Part shown: piece by piece, positions 39,212 to 48,602 of the stretch
How the letters are laid out: every line of letters begins with the position of its first letter
Position numbering within the stretch: position 1 is the stretch's first letter
From: Pseudobdellovibrionaceae bacterium
GTDB lineage: Bacteria; Bdellovibrionota; Bdellovibrionia; Bdellovibrionales; Bdellovibrionaceae
Direction: 5' to 3'
Assembly: GCA_044359815.1 (NCBI GenBank)
Contig: JBIKLL010000012.1
Coordinates: 1-50,401 of the forward strand
DNA: 50,401 bases
Notes under the pieces: model-generated
Told to the model about the DNA's origin: nothing
Database searches by the model: none
Seen by the model: the letters and a program-made list of their open reading frames with translations, nothing else
Made by a program: the position numbers and the translations under genes

Positions 39212-39970
39212 ATGAATTGGGCACTGGTCACAGGCGCTAGCAGTGGTATTGGCCATGCGACGGCCATCAAATTGGCAGAATCAGGTTATTCAGTTTTCTT
39301 GCTGGCCAGACGGCAAGACCGGCTTCTGAAGTTGTCACAGTCATTGGCAACTAAATATCCCAAGCAAAAATTTGAGGCCGTAGCATTGGATGTGAATGAT
39401 TTTGAATCCATGAAATTGTTTGTGGAAAAAAAGTCTGCGGATCTGGATAATCTAGATATTCTGATTAACAATGCTGGACTTGCTGTGGGAACTGCAAAGG
39501 TTCAAGATTTGAAACCATCAGATACCGCGCAGATGCTGCAAACAAATGTAAAAGCCCTGATCGATATCACCAGTTTGCTGATTCCTAAAATGATTAAAAA
39601 TAAAAAAGGTTTCGTTGTGAATCTGGGCTCAGTGGCGGGCAGATGGGTTTATCCTGGTGGGGCGGTTTATTGCGCAACAAAGTTTGCAGTCAGGGCATTT
39701 AGTGAAGGGTTGCGGCAGGATGTCCATGGCACAGGTATCAGAGTCGCAAATATAGAACCGGGAATGGTTGAAACAGAATTTTCTAATGTTCGTTTTGCTG
39801 ATGAGCAAAAAGCAAAACAGGTTTATGCAGGGATGAAGCCTTTGACAGCAGATGACATTGCAGAGACCATTTTATGGGTGATCAAACAACCCAAACATGT
39901 GAACATTCAAGAGGTCGTTATTTATCCAACCGACCAATCAGCCATTGGAATGGTAGAAAGGCGAACTTAG
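39212..39970 (+). CDS. SDR oxidoreductase (YdfG-like)
   Basis: TGASSGIG, NNAG, YCATK, IEPGMVETEF. Confidence 0.93.
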   Translation: MNWALVTGASSGIGHATAIKLAESGYSVFLLARRQDRLLKLSQSLATKYPKQKFEAVALDVNDFESMKLFVEKKSADLDNLDILINNAGLAVGTAKVQDLKPSDTAQMLQTNVKALIDITSLLIPKMIKNKKGFVVNLGSVAGRWVYPGGAVYCATKFAVRAFSEGLRQDVHGTGIRVANIEPGMVETEFSNVRFADEQKAKQVYAGMKPLTADDIAETILWVIKQPKHVNIQEVVIYPTDQSAIGMVERRT

Positions 39971-39973
39971 CTT

Positions 39974-41383
39974 ATGAACACAGATGAAAACACACAATTC
40001 AGAATCGAAAAAGACACCATGGGGGACGTCAGAGTTCCTGCTGATAAATATTGGGGGGCGCAAACTCAAAGATCAAAAGAAAATTTTAAAATTGGTGGTG
40101 ACCGATTTCCCCGCGAGATGATTAAAGCCTTGGGGATTTTAAAAAAATGCGCAGCCGTTACTAACCAAAAGCTCGGATTGTTAGATGCAAAAAAAGCAGA
40201 ATTTATTTTAAAGGCCGCTAATGAAGTCATCGAAGGAAAGCTTGATGATCACTTTCCCCTGGTCGTGTGGCAGACTGGCAGTGGAACTCAAACCAATATG
40301 AATGCCAATGAGGTCATTGCAAATCGTGCAATGTCATTGATGAATCTAAAATTGCCCTCAAAAGAAATCCATCCAAACGATGATGTGAACAAGGGGCAAA
40401 GTTCAAATGATACCTTTCCGACCGCCATGCATATTGCAGTAGGCGATCAGGTTCACAACAGACTTTTGCCAGCGCTTAAACGCATGCATGAGGAATTTGA
40501 TAAAAAGGTTTTTCAATTTAAAGACATTGTTAAAATCGGTAGAACGCATTTGATGGATGCAACGCCACTGACGCTGGGGCAGGAATTTTCTGGTTATGCC
40601 ACGCAAATCAAGCATTCAATTAAAAGGGTGCAAAATACTTTGCCCCATTTGCATGAATTGGCTCTAGGCGGAACCGCTGTGGGTACAGGATTGAACACTC
40701 ATCCGCAGTTTGCTGTTGAAGCTGCGAAAGCCATTGCTGCTGAAACTCAAATCGCTTTTGTCAGTGCGGAAAATAAATTTGAAGGCTTGGCGACCCATGA
40801 TGCTTTGGTCGAAGTCAGCGGGGCTGTAAAATCAATAGCAGTGTCCTTGATGAAGATTGCAAACGACATCAGGCTGTTGGGCAGCGGTCCCAGATGTGGA
40901 ATTGGCGAACTGAATTTGCCTGAAAATGAACCGGGAAGCTCTATTATGCCTGGTAAGGTCAATCCCACTCAGAGCGAAGCCATGACCATGGTGTGCGCCC
41001 AGGTGATTGGCAATGATGTTGCTGTTAGTATTGGTGGTTTGAATGGTCATTTTGAATTGAATGTTTTTAAGCCGGTGATTGTATTTAACGTTCTAAATTC
41101 TATCCGACTGATTGCTGATGCCTGCGACAGTTTTACAACAAACTGTTTGGTGGGTATTGAGGCCAATAAAGCTCAGATCAAAAGGCATTTGGATAATTCA
41201 TTGATGCTGGTCACAGCATTAAATCCTCATATTGGATACGACAATGCCGCAAAGATTGCAAAAACAGCTCACAAAAATGGAACGACTCTGAAAGAAGAAG
41301 CTGTAAAGCTAGGATTAATGACAGCAGAGAAATTTGATCAGTGTGTGCGTCCAGAGGAAATGATTGGTCCCTTGAAGAAATGA
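39974..41383 (+). CDS. fumC: Class II fumarate hydratase
   Basis: [11 protein letters not shown] signature, [14 protein letters not shown]. Confidence 0.98.
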   Translation: MNTDENTQFRIEKDTMGDVRVPADKYWGAQTQRSKENFKIGGDRFPREMIKALGILKKCAAVTNQKLGLLDAKKAEFILKAANEVIEGKLDDHFPLVVWQTGSGTQTNMNANEVIANRAMSLMNLKLPSKEIHPNDDVNKGQSSNDTFPTAMHIAVGDQVHNRLLPALKRMHEEFDKKVFQFKDIVKIGRTHLMDATPLTLGQEFSGYATQIKHSIKRVQNTLPHLHELALGGTAVGTGLNTHPQFAVEAAKAIAAETQIAFVSAENKFEGLATHDALVEVSGAVKSIAVSLMKIANDIRLLGSGPRCGIGELNLPENEPGSSIMPGKVNPTQSEAMTMVCAQVIGNDVAVSIGGLNGHFELNVFKPVIVFNVLNSIRLIADACDSFTTNCLVGIEANKAQIKRHLDNSLMLVTALNPHIGYDNAAKIAKTAHKNGTTLKEEAVKLGLMTAEKFDQCVRPEEMIGPLKK

Positions 41384-42276
41384 AAATAAATCCTATTTTA
41401 AAAAAAGCAGAATGGTTTACCAAACACGTCGCCGAAGGCGACATCAAGCCCTATGTGTTTGTCAGATCAGATAATAAAATTCAGGCCCCGGGCAGTCGGC
41501 ATAAATTGGATTGGTTTTCAAAGGACGTTTTGTATTTGGATCCGTTGGATTTGGTAAATATTAATTTTGCAGAATTGATTTATCATATCGAGGGCAAAGC
41601 CTTTGGTCCCTCCGACATGGCGATGCCTCGGTGGGTGTTTTATGATTGTGGGATCATCCCTGGATTTGTTGCGGGCTTTGCTATGCGCGAGGAAAAACTG
41701 CCAGAAAGCCTCAGAAAAATTTTACCCAAAGAATTTCCATCGCCTTGGGTGCCGTTGTCGCTGTTTATTATAATTCCAACTATGGCCAAGGGACAGTGGT
41801 GTGCCCACAACCTGTGTGCGGTGAATTCGTTGTTGCCCCTGGAAGATCGTTTTTATGGACTGGGATTTTTATCAAAGGCTTTTGGATTGTGGTACGCCAA
41901 TGTAGAACAATGTTTGGGCTTTACCCAGTGGGGCGGTCCGGCTTTAAAGCTGCACACTCACTATGGTCATATGGAAATTGTAACTGCATACACGCCAGTG
42001 CATTCGCATGCGCGCACGCTGACCTACAGAGTGAACGTGGACGCCCAGTGCTGGGAAAGGTTTTTTACACGAGAACCTGATTATGTGTTTTTAGAAAAAT
42101 ATCAAAGGACAAACTTAGTCATAGACCCAAACGATGAAAACACAATGTTATTAATTCACAATCGTTTGATGAACAAAGAAGGTCCTTATTTTTTAAGTGC
42201 AGCGGATATACAGTCCAAAAAAATTAATGACACCCTGGAAATTTACACAACAAAAAATCAAGGAAGTTTCAAATGA
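41380..42276 (+). CDS. Hypothetical protein coupled to fumC
   Basis: ATGA overlap with the fumC stop; long ORF with enzyme-like aromatic/Gly motifs. Confidence 0.8.
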   Translation: MKINPILKKAEWFTKHVAEGDIKPYVFVRSDNKIQAPGSRHKLDWFSKDVLYLDPLDLVNINFAELIYHIEGKAFGPSDMAMPRWVFYDCGIIPGFVAGFAMREEKLPESLRKILPKEFPSPWVPLSLFIIIPTMAKGQWCAHNLCAVNSLLPLEDRFYGLGFLSKAFGLWYANVEQCLGFTQWGGPALKLHTHYGHMEIVTAYTPVHSHARTLTYRVNVDAQCWERFFTREPDYVFLEKYQRTNLVIDPNDENTMLLIHNRLMNKEGPYFLSAADIQSKKINDTLEIYTTKNQGSFK

Positions 42277-42695
42277 GCACTGAATCCCTGCCCGCTGTTG
42301 CAAAAAACATTCATCTGGAATGCAAAAAATGTGGAGCTGGCAGATACCACGTAGTGATCGCTCATAAATCTGCGACCTCAGCTAAAGTTCAGTGTGAAAT
42401 CTGTAAATCAATCAAGACGTATTCTGTGGCTACCAAAAAAGCCACTTCAGCGGCCCCCAGAAAAAGAGTTTCAGTCAAAAATTCAGAGTTTCAACATCAG
42501 AGTGAATACGAAACTTTGATTCAGTCTTTGGGTGAGGCTCAGGCGGTAACCTACAATATGAAAACTCAATTTAAGACTAATCAGAAATTGCAGCATCCAA
42601 AATTTGGCCTAGGAGTCGTAAAGACCGCTCAATCTGACAAAATCGAAGTCGTCTTTCCAGACGAAGTCAGGTCCCTGGTTCACAACAGAACCTAA
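42273..42695 (+). CDS. Zinc-ribbon protein with a C-terminal Tudor/SH3-like domain
   Basis: CKKC..H..CEIC, and C-terminal HPKFGLGVV...IEVVF; ATGA overlap. Confidence 0.8.
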   Translation: MSTESLPAVAKNIHLECKKCGAGRYHVVIAHKSATSAKVQCEICKSIKTYSVATKKATSAAPRKRVSVKNSEFQHQSEYETLIQSLGEAQAVTYNMKTQFKTNQKLQHPKFGLGVVKTAQSDKIEVVFPDEVRSLVHNRT

Positions 42696-43240
42696 TAATC
42701 TGGGAGCTGGCACTCTTGTCTGTGGTTATCTGTGGTTAATTTAAAAGCGAAATTTATCACTGAGTATGAGTTAGTTTTCTGAAATCAGAATTTGTATTTT
42801 TAAAATATTTCTTTGTTTCTATACCTTTTGAATACTTGCTAACGGCCGCAAGCTCATCTCTCGTATTGTGTCATGGAGTTATTGATTTATCCCGAATATC
42901 AAATGGTATTTATATTTTACCTTGAAAATCAATAACCCCATGACACAACACCAGATATGCGGCGATAAATTAACCGTCGCGCTCGCAAATGTATTCAAAA
43001 GGTATAGAAACAAAGAAATATTTTAAAAATACAAATTCTGATTTCAGAAAACTAACTCTTGATTGATTAATTGCTTTTAAGCTTATGACACAATACGAGA
43101 GATGAGCTTGCGGCCGTTAGCAAGTATTCTCAAGGTGTAAAAACATAGAAATATTTTTTTAAATTCAAATTAACCACAGAAAAATCAACCCAGACAAGTG
43201 TGCCATCTATAGTAAGCGCAGCTGATTATTTAGGTTCTGT
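42685..43240. repeat. Palindromic element 3: nested inverted repeats
   Basis: Perfect 68 bp IR (42768-42835/42991-43058), perfect 45 bp IR (42830-42874/43085-43129), 23 bp inner IR (42866-42888/42926-42948), and imperfect outer IRs (42708-42742/43167-43205; 42685-42700/43224-43240). Confidence 0.95.
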
Positions 43241-45322
43241 GCGTTCAAAAAATATGTCGATCAGGCTGTTGCGGTGATAAATCAGAAATCCCAATAACGT
43301 CAGTGCTGATAGTAAGCTGCTAAAGGTCCACAGCCACGATTGCCCAAACTTAAACTCAACCTCATTTGCTGAAGGTACAATCCCCATAAAGCCAGGGCTC
43401 ATCATAAACAACTCATCACCTGTGCTGGCCTTAAATGTTGGATGGTAGGCAAATTTAACCAGATGTAATTTCCCAGGACAGTCTGTTTTTAGTTTTAACA
43501 GATTAAAATCCACCGCCAAGGATGGGTGGCATTCAGAGGCCGTGTAATCAGCTTTGGGCATCAAGGATTTTGGATGAGTGATTAAATATTGCGGAGGATT
43601 TTTATTTGATTTTAACAACCAATCATAAAAAACCCTTTGGTAGTTTTTCATTGGTATTTGACCGGGCTCTGCGTTTACAACCTCAACCAGCGATACCGGG
43701 GCGTCTAGCGACCAGACTTCAAACACTCCGCTGCCTGCAGTTTTTTTAAGGTTTTTATTTTTAAGGACTGCTTTTTTTGCTTCATCACTGGCCAGAATCA
43801 AATCCTTAACACCTAAAATTTTTAAAACATCGTCCAAGCCTTCAAAATTCATACTGGTGCAGTCCCAACCTCTGATGGGGCAGCTGGGTTGTTTGCTAAT
43901 CCGAGCTTGCAAAAAATAAGTCATCGGAGACATCTGATTGGCTTCTTGATAAAGGCTTTCCATAGTTGCTCTTTTTGCAAACATGGGCAGTGATTCAAAA
44001 ATCCTGGTCGTTCCAGCATCATTTAAAACGGGATTATGCTCATTGGACATTCTGGGCATAGTGAAATCGCCTTTTACGGCTTCAAAGATTTCTTTGGCGT
44101 TAACCCATTTGGGTTTTGCCGTCCAGCCCGAATAATTCCAGTTCACCCAGTGGGGATAATTTGAAATTTGAGATTTTGTCCACGCTAAACAAAATACTAT
44201 AAAAATGCAAACGGCCCCCAAGCGCAGGCCTTCGTTCAGCGGCTTGACTGCAGAAACCAAAAAATAAGCCACTATGATGCAAAAAAATATATTGATCTGA
44301 GGCACAGCCCTGACGTCCACCAAGCCAAACTTTGGAAATATAAAAAACATCACTACGCAGGATACGATAGGTATTAACCAAAACAGTAAATCCCGCCCAA
44401 ACTGAGAAACCTCTAATTTGTCTTTACCGATCCAATATGTGACCACGGGAAAGCAAATTAAAAAAATCACAGCAAGAGCCCTGAAATTTATTGGGAAAAG
44501 TTCTTTCCACACGTTGCTGAATTCCCACTTCATTGCGTTTCCAGTCATCCAAGGTGCGTGCATGATCTGTGGGATTAAAAACCAAGCTGCCATTAAAATC
44601 CCCAAAATCCCAACGATGAAGAAATATTTAAAATTCTGTTTTAATTTTTTAACATCTCCACAAACCAAAAAACTTAAAAACACAAAGGGAAGCAGCATAA
44701 AAATATAGCTGTGGCAAAGGGCAGTGATGGCGGTTGGGATAGCTGCCCAGTAGGAATTTTTATATTTCAGATCATTAGCAATGACCCCGATTGTGATAAA
44801 CAGAAAATTGAGGGCATACAGATGAGCATATTGACCAGCCAGCAAACTGGTCGCGTTGCCACCCCACATGGAATAAGATTCGTTAAATAAAGCTAAAAAG
44901 CTGGCGGCCACGGCCGCAAACCGAAACTGATAGCTGACATTCATCCGTGACATTGCAAAGTAAAGACTCATCGGAAATGCAAACAGCGGAGCCATGGTCC
45001 CTATGTTAAAAGCCAATCCCAAAGGCATAAACAAAGACAAAAAGGCCATAAACAAGAACGGTCCGGGAAAATAGTGTAATAATAAAGGCTCACCCATTAA
45101 ATTTCCAGGGCTCCATGTGCGGATCTGAAAATGAGGCAAGGCTTTTTCAACCAGCACCCAAAGCGGGAAAAAATGCGAGCCCGTGTCGCCGCCGGTGGCG
45201 GGCAGGGTGTTCCAAACAGTTTTTGGTGTGATCCAAGCAATAAATCCAATAAACAAAACGATGGCACCAGTCCAATAATAGTCTTCTTGGGACAGGCCCA
45301 ATTTTTTGATCCATTTTTTCAT
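43226..45322 (-). CDS. Multi-pass membrane protein, PTPS-related / GT-C glycosyltransferase-like
   Basis: TGGDTGSH, W.PG.LMG.P....YFP, many TM helices and a C-terminal periplasmic domain. Confidence 0.72.
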   Translation of the reverse strand: MKKWIKKLGLSQEDYYWTGAIVLFIGFIAWITPKTVWNTLPATGGDTGSHFFPLWVLVEKALPHFQIRTWSPGNLMGEPLLLHYFPGPFLFMAFLSLFMPLGLAFNIGTMAPLFAFPMSLYFAMSRMNVSYQFRFAAVAASFLALFNESYSMWGGNATSLLAGQYAHLYALNFLFITIGVIANDLKYKNSYWAAIPTAITALCHSYIFMLLPFVFLSFLVCGDVKKLKQNFKYFFIVGILGILMAAWFLIPQIMHAPWMTGNAMKWEFSNVWKELFPINFRALAVIFLICFPVVTYWIGKDKLEVSQFGRDLLFWLIPIVSCVVMFFIFPKFGLVDVRAVPQINIFFCIIVAYFLVSAVKPLNEGLRLGAVCIFIVFCLAWTKSQISNYPHWVNWNYSGWTAKPKWVNAKEIFEAVKGDFTMPRMSNEHNPVLNDAGTTRIFESLPMFAKRATMESLYQEANQMSPMTYFLQARISKQPSCPIRGWDCTSMNFEGLDDVLKILGVKDLILASDEAKKAVLKNKNLKKTAGSGVFEVWSLDAPVSLVEVVNAEPGQIPMKNYQRVFYDWLLKSNKNPPQYLITHPKSLMPKADYTASECHPSLAVDFNLLKLKTDCPGKLHLVKFAYHPTFKASTGDELFMMSPGFMGIVPSANEVEFKFGQSWLWTFSSLLSALTLLGFLIYHRNSLIDIFFERTEPK

Positions 45323-45342
45323 ATCTAAAATTCTACGAAGTC

Positions 45343-46245
45343 TTATTGAAAGATCAACGGCAAAGTGATTTTTGTTGTGCCCTTGGATTTTGAAAATTGC
45401 AGTTCAGAATAGATTTTTAAAAGCTCAGCTAAGAACTGTCGGGGTTTGTCGCCGTCCACGGTGATCAAATTATTAGTTAAAAATTTTAAATCAGTCACTC
45501 GGCCCACTCGATTGACCTGAATTCCTAAGGTGATGACACCGGTCATGATGGGGTGGGCATTCACGGCTTCTAAAATTTGCTCAAAGGCTTGGTTGAGTTT
45601 GGTTTCAGTGGTGGCCTTTGGCAAAAAACCATCGATATAGGTTTTCGGCTCTGTGAACCATCCATGCAGCACCAGTCTGGCTGAATCTAAATCCTTAGCG
45701 CCTTCAACTTTGGAAACACTATGCGGAATTCGGGGGTCAAAAACAATCAGCCTGTTAAATTGCGGTTTGATTTTGACGAGTAAACTGTCTTGTTCGCGGC
45801 TTTTAAAATCAGAAAAATTTTTCCAGTAATTTAAGACTAAAGGATTCAAAAGGGTGGTTTCGCCACCCACTAGATTTTTGGTCGTAAGTGACAGCACGAA
45901 TGCCCACGGTCCATGGGGGACGTCCGTGTGCCAATCCTGATAATGGCCTTCGGTGTAGCAGCTAAGCCAGGGTGGCGAAATGTCCCAGCAGCCTAGATTT
46001 TTCCGACCCCACATCACCAGTTCTTTGTGTAATTTTAAATAATTTTTTTGGCTGAAAAATTCCGTGGCGGGTGTCCGCAAATGGCAATAAATCCCTTTGT
46101 GGTTCCAATAGTCCCAGACAAATCTGTCAGCAGTTGCGCGCCCTGTGTCTTGAAAGCGGGACTGAAATTCTTGACGTAAAACTGACGAAGTCTTTGAAAA
46201 TCTATTTCTTATTATGATTGAACTCATTTGAGGCGCATCATGCAT
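45343..46245 (-). CDS. 2OG-Fe(II) oxygenase
   Basis: HTD...H facial triad (WHTDVPHG, RIPHSV) and RLVLHGWF. Confidence 0.85.
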   Translation of the reverse strand: MHDAPQMSSIIIRNRFSKTSSVLRQEFQSRFQDTGRATADRFVWDYWNHKGIYCHLRTPATEFFSQKNYLKLHKELVMWGRKNLGCWDISPPWLSCYTEGHYQDWHTDVPHGPWAFVLSLTTKNLVGGETTLLNPLVLNYWKNFSDFKSREQDSLLVKIKPQFNRLIVFDPRIPHSVSKVEGAKDLDSARLVLHGWFTEPKTYIDGFLPKATTETKLNQAFEQILEAVNAHPIMTGVITLGIQVNRVGRVTDLKFLTNNLITVDGDKPRQFLAELLKIYSELQFSKSKGTTKITLPLIFQ

Positions 46246-46302
46246 GCAGATGGAGCTTGATTCAAGCTTCCTGTAGTGATCGAATATTTTTAACCCTATC
46301 GC

Positions 46303-47253
46303 ATGGAAAGTCTGAGGTGTTTTGTGTCCCAGAAAGCTAAAAATAACTTTATGTTGAGTGTTTCTGATCTGGCTGACTTTTTAGAACTGTCAGTGACCAA
46401 GGTTAATGACGAAATCAAAAAAAAGTGCGGTCCTCAAAAGCTTAAAAGCCTAGTCAGTCCCCAGGTTGCCAGAAAGATTTTATCAGCCCATGGTTATAAG
46501 TTCCCGCACAAGGTGGTTTCGTTTCAAATGCTAAAGGGTGGGGTTGCTAAGACCACTTCAGCTTATAATTTTGGCTTGCGAGCGGCTCAATGGGGAGCGC
46601 AAGTGCTGTTTGTGGATTTGGATCAGCAGGCAAATTTAACATTTGCTTTAGGCAGCGGCCAAGAGGATGTGCCTGTTTGGTTAGATATTTTTGAAAAACG
46701 TGTTTCGATCAAAGATGCGATTTTGCCGGTCGAGCCAGGGGTGGATTTAATCCCTTCAAGTCTGAATAACAGCGTTCTGGACCGAAGTATTCTGAATTCC
46801 AATAAAAATTGGGCAAACGCTATCAAGGGACCTCTGAAAGAAATTAAAGCCCATTACGATTTGATTATTATTGATACAGCTCCCAGTCTGTCGGCAGTTA
46901 ACACAGCTGTGACCTGCGCTAGCAATGAGATTATTTTACCAATCAACCCAGATCGTTTTTCATTGATAGGGCTTAAAAAGCATTTAGAGGATCTGAAGGA
47001 CCTGAAAAAAGAATTTGGCCTAAAGTTTCAAGAGCGAGTTTTGTTCACTCGATTTGATGGTCGTGAAACTCTTAGCGCACAGATTCTGGCTGATTGTATG
47101 GATGAATATGAAGATTTGCTTTTGAAGCACTATATTAGGACCTCGACAGAGCTGAAGTCTGCAGTTGGAACTGGCAGAACTATCTTTACAACCAACACCC
47201 ATGCAAAAACAGATTATGATCTAGTGACAAAGGAACTCTTAGGGTTTATATAG
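46303..47253 (+). CDS. Orphan ParA/Soj-family ATPase with an N-terminal HTH-like extension
   Basis: KGGVAKTT, VDLDQQAN, IIDTAP. The start may be ATG 46351. Confidence 0.9.
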   Translation: MESLRCFVSQKAKNNFMLSVSDLADFLELSVTKVNDEIKKKCGPQKLKSLVSPQVARKILSAHGYKFPHKVVSFQMLKGGVAKTTSAYNFGLRAAQWGAQVLFVDLDQQANLTFALGSGQEDVPVWLDIFEKRVSIKDAILPVEPGVDLIPSSLNNSVLDRSILNSNKNWANAIKGPLKEIKAHYDLIIIDTAPSLSAVNTAVTCASNEIILPINPDRFSLIGLKKHLEDLKDLKKEFGLKFQERVLFTRFDGRETLSAQILADCMDEYEDLLLKHYIRTSTELKSAVGTGRTIFTTNTHAKTDYDLVTKELLGFI

Positions 47254-47280
47254 AAATTCAAAACTGAAAGCGGGTTAACT

Positions 47281-47919
47281 ATGCCTTCCATTCGAGAATT
47301 TGACAAAAAATCAGCAAAAGCTAAATCTTCCAAGACCAGCAAGGCTGCTGGTGCGTTTCATAAAAACAGTCTGAATAAAAACTCTAAAAATAAGAAAAAA
47401 CCTGAGGCCGCCGGATTTCAAAAACGCCGACCTGGACGAGAGGACGAAAGGTTAGTAAGGATGACATCAGTCAATGACAAAAAGAAATCTGCCGATGATT
47501 CTGTAGAATATGTGGAGGTCCCAATGCAAGAATCAAAAACAGAAAATGTGAAAACTCAAACAGAATCAAGAAACTCAGACTCAGAACGAGTGGAAATAAA
47601 TTTTTATGGCAGCGAAACTTTGCGTGCCAAATTTCCAAAGCCATTTGAATTGCTGGAAGACGTTGCTACCGAATGGGTACATGATGGAACATTTGAAAAC
47701 CTGCCAGTAGGTCATCCGATTGCTCAATTGTTATTGGGCCGAGGGTTGAAAAAAGCTAAAGAAGTTGAAAAGAAAATCATGGCGTCTCCTCAAACTGAAA
47801 AAGTCATGATGAAGGTTCTGCAAGCTGGAATGAAGGCTCAGGTCGTAGTTAACGAGCTTAAATCCAGGGCAGAAACTATCTTGAAAAAACAAAAAGACGA
47901 TGGTTCAAAAAACAATTGA
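47281..47919 (+). CDS. Hypothetical protein with a Lys-rich disordered N-terminus
   Basis: Long ORF lying between the ParA gene and bolA in the same direction. Confidence 0.75.
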   Translation: MPSIREFDKKSAKAKSSKTSKAAGAFHKNSLNKNSKNKKKPEAAGFQKRRPGREDERLVRMTSVNDKKKSADDSVEYVEVPMQESKTENVKTQTESRNSDSERVEINFYGSETLRAKFPKPFELLEDVATEWVHDGTFENLPVGHPIAQLLLGRGLKKAKEVEKKIMASPQTEKVMMKVLQAGMKAQVVVNELKSRAETILKKQKDDGSKNN

Positions 47920-48238
47920 GCCCCCAATGACGGTTCGAGCGGCCATCGAAGATAAGCTAAAGCAAGCATTGAACCCCAGCTTTTTAGTTATTGAAAACGA
48001 AAGCCACAAGCATTCAAGGCCACCGGGAACAGAGTCCCACTTTAGAGTGATTGTGGTTTCTGATTTTTTTAAGGGCATGTCTCGAGTGCAAAGACAGCAA
48101 AAGGTTTTTTCTGTTTTAGATACAGAAATGAAAAATTCTGTGCATGCTCTGTCTCAGTTTGCATTCACCCCTGATGAATGGAAAATCCAAAAAGACAATT
48201 TTGAAATCCAATCCCCAGATTGTATGCATAAACACTAA
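47900..48238 (+). CDS. bolA: BolA family protein
   Basis: NESHKH, ESHFRVIVVSD.F.G.SRV.RQ, VHAL. Confidence 0.93.
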   Translation: MVQKTIEPPMTVRAAIEDKLKQALNPSFLVIENESHKHSRPPGTESHFRVIVVSDFFKGMSRVQRQQKVFSVLDTEMKNSVHALSQFAFTPDEWKIQKDNFEIQSPDCMHKH

Positions 48239-48267
48239 CTAGCTGGCCAGCTGATACAGTACCAGGC

Positions 48268-48501
48268 TCAGTCAAATTCCTTGAGCTTTGCTTCGAGCTC
48301 TTTCAGCAAGGTGCGGAATTTTTGCATTTTTTCCTTTTGTCTGTCTGGCAAATCTATTTTGGACATCTGATCCCAATCTGTGATGGCCTTAGACAATCTG
48401 AATTTAGCTGAAGTCCAAGAGGTCACTTTGTTCTTTGCCTGTGCGGATTCGGGGCTGGGTGTGATTTTCCCTTTGATATTTGCTTTTTTGGATGGACTCA
48501 T
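48268..48501 (-). CDS. Small hypothetical protein
   Basis: Fills the gap between bolA and ettA; amphipathic helices. ATG 48501 preferred. Confidence 0.55.
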   Translation of the reverse strand: MSPSKKANIKGKITPSPESAQAKNKVTSWTSAKFRLSKAITDWDQMSKIDLPDRQKEKMQKFRTLLKELEAKLKEFD

Positions 48502-48602
48502 TCTGATTATTTGAAGGTCAGATAGGGTTTTGGTCAACACAATTGACTTTTTTGCTGATTTTATGGACTCTGTGGATCCTCAAAATTTGCAAAAGGATTT
48601 AT

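Noticed and set aside
42836..43123. Integron attC site (GCTAAC...GTTAGC ends; also at 19624-19666)
   Set aside because: The arms are perfectly paired, without the extrahelical bases and unpaired spacer of attC. There is no integrase or cassette-like gene arrangement.
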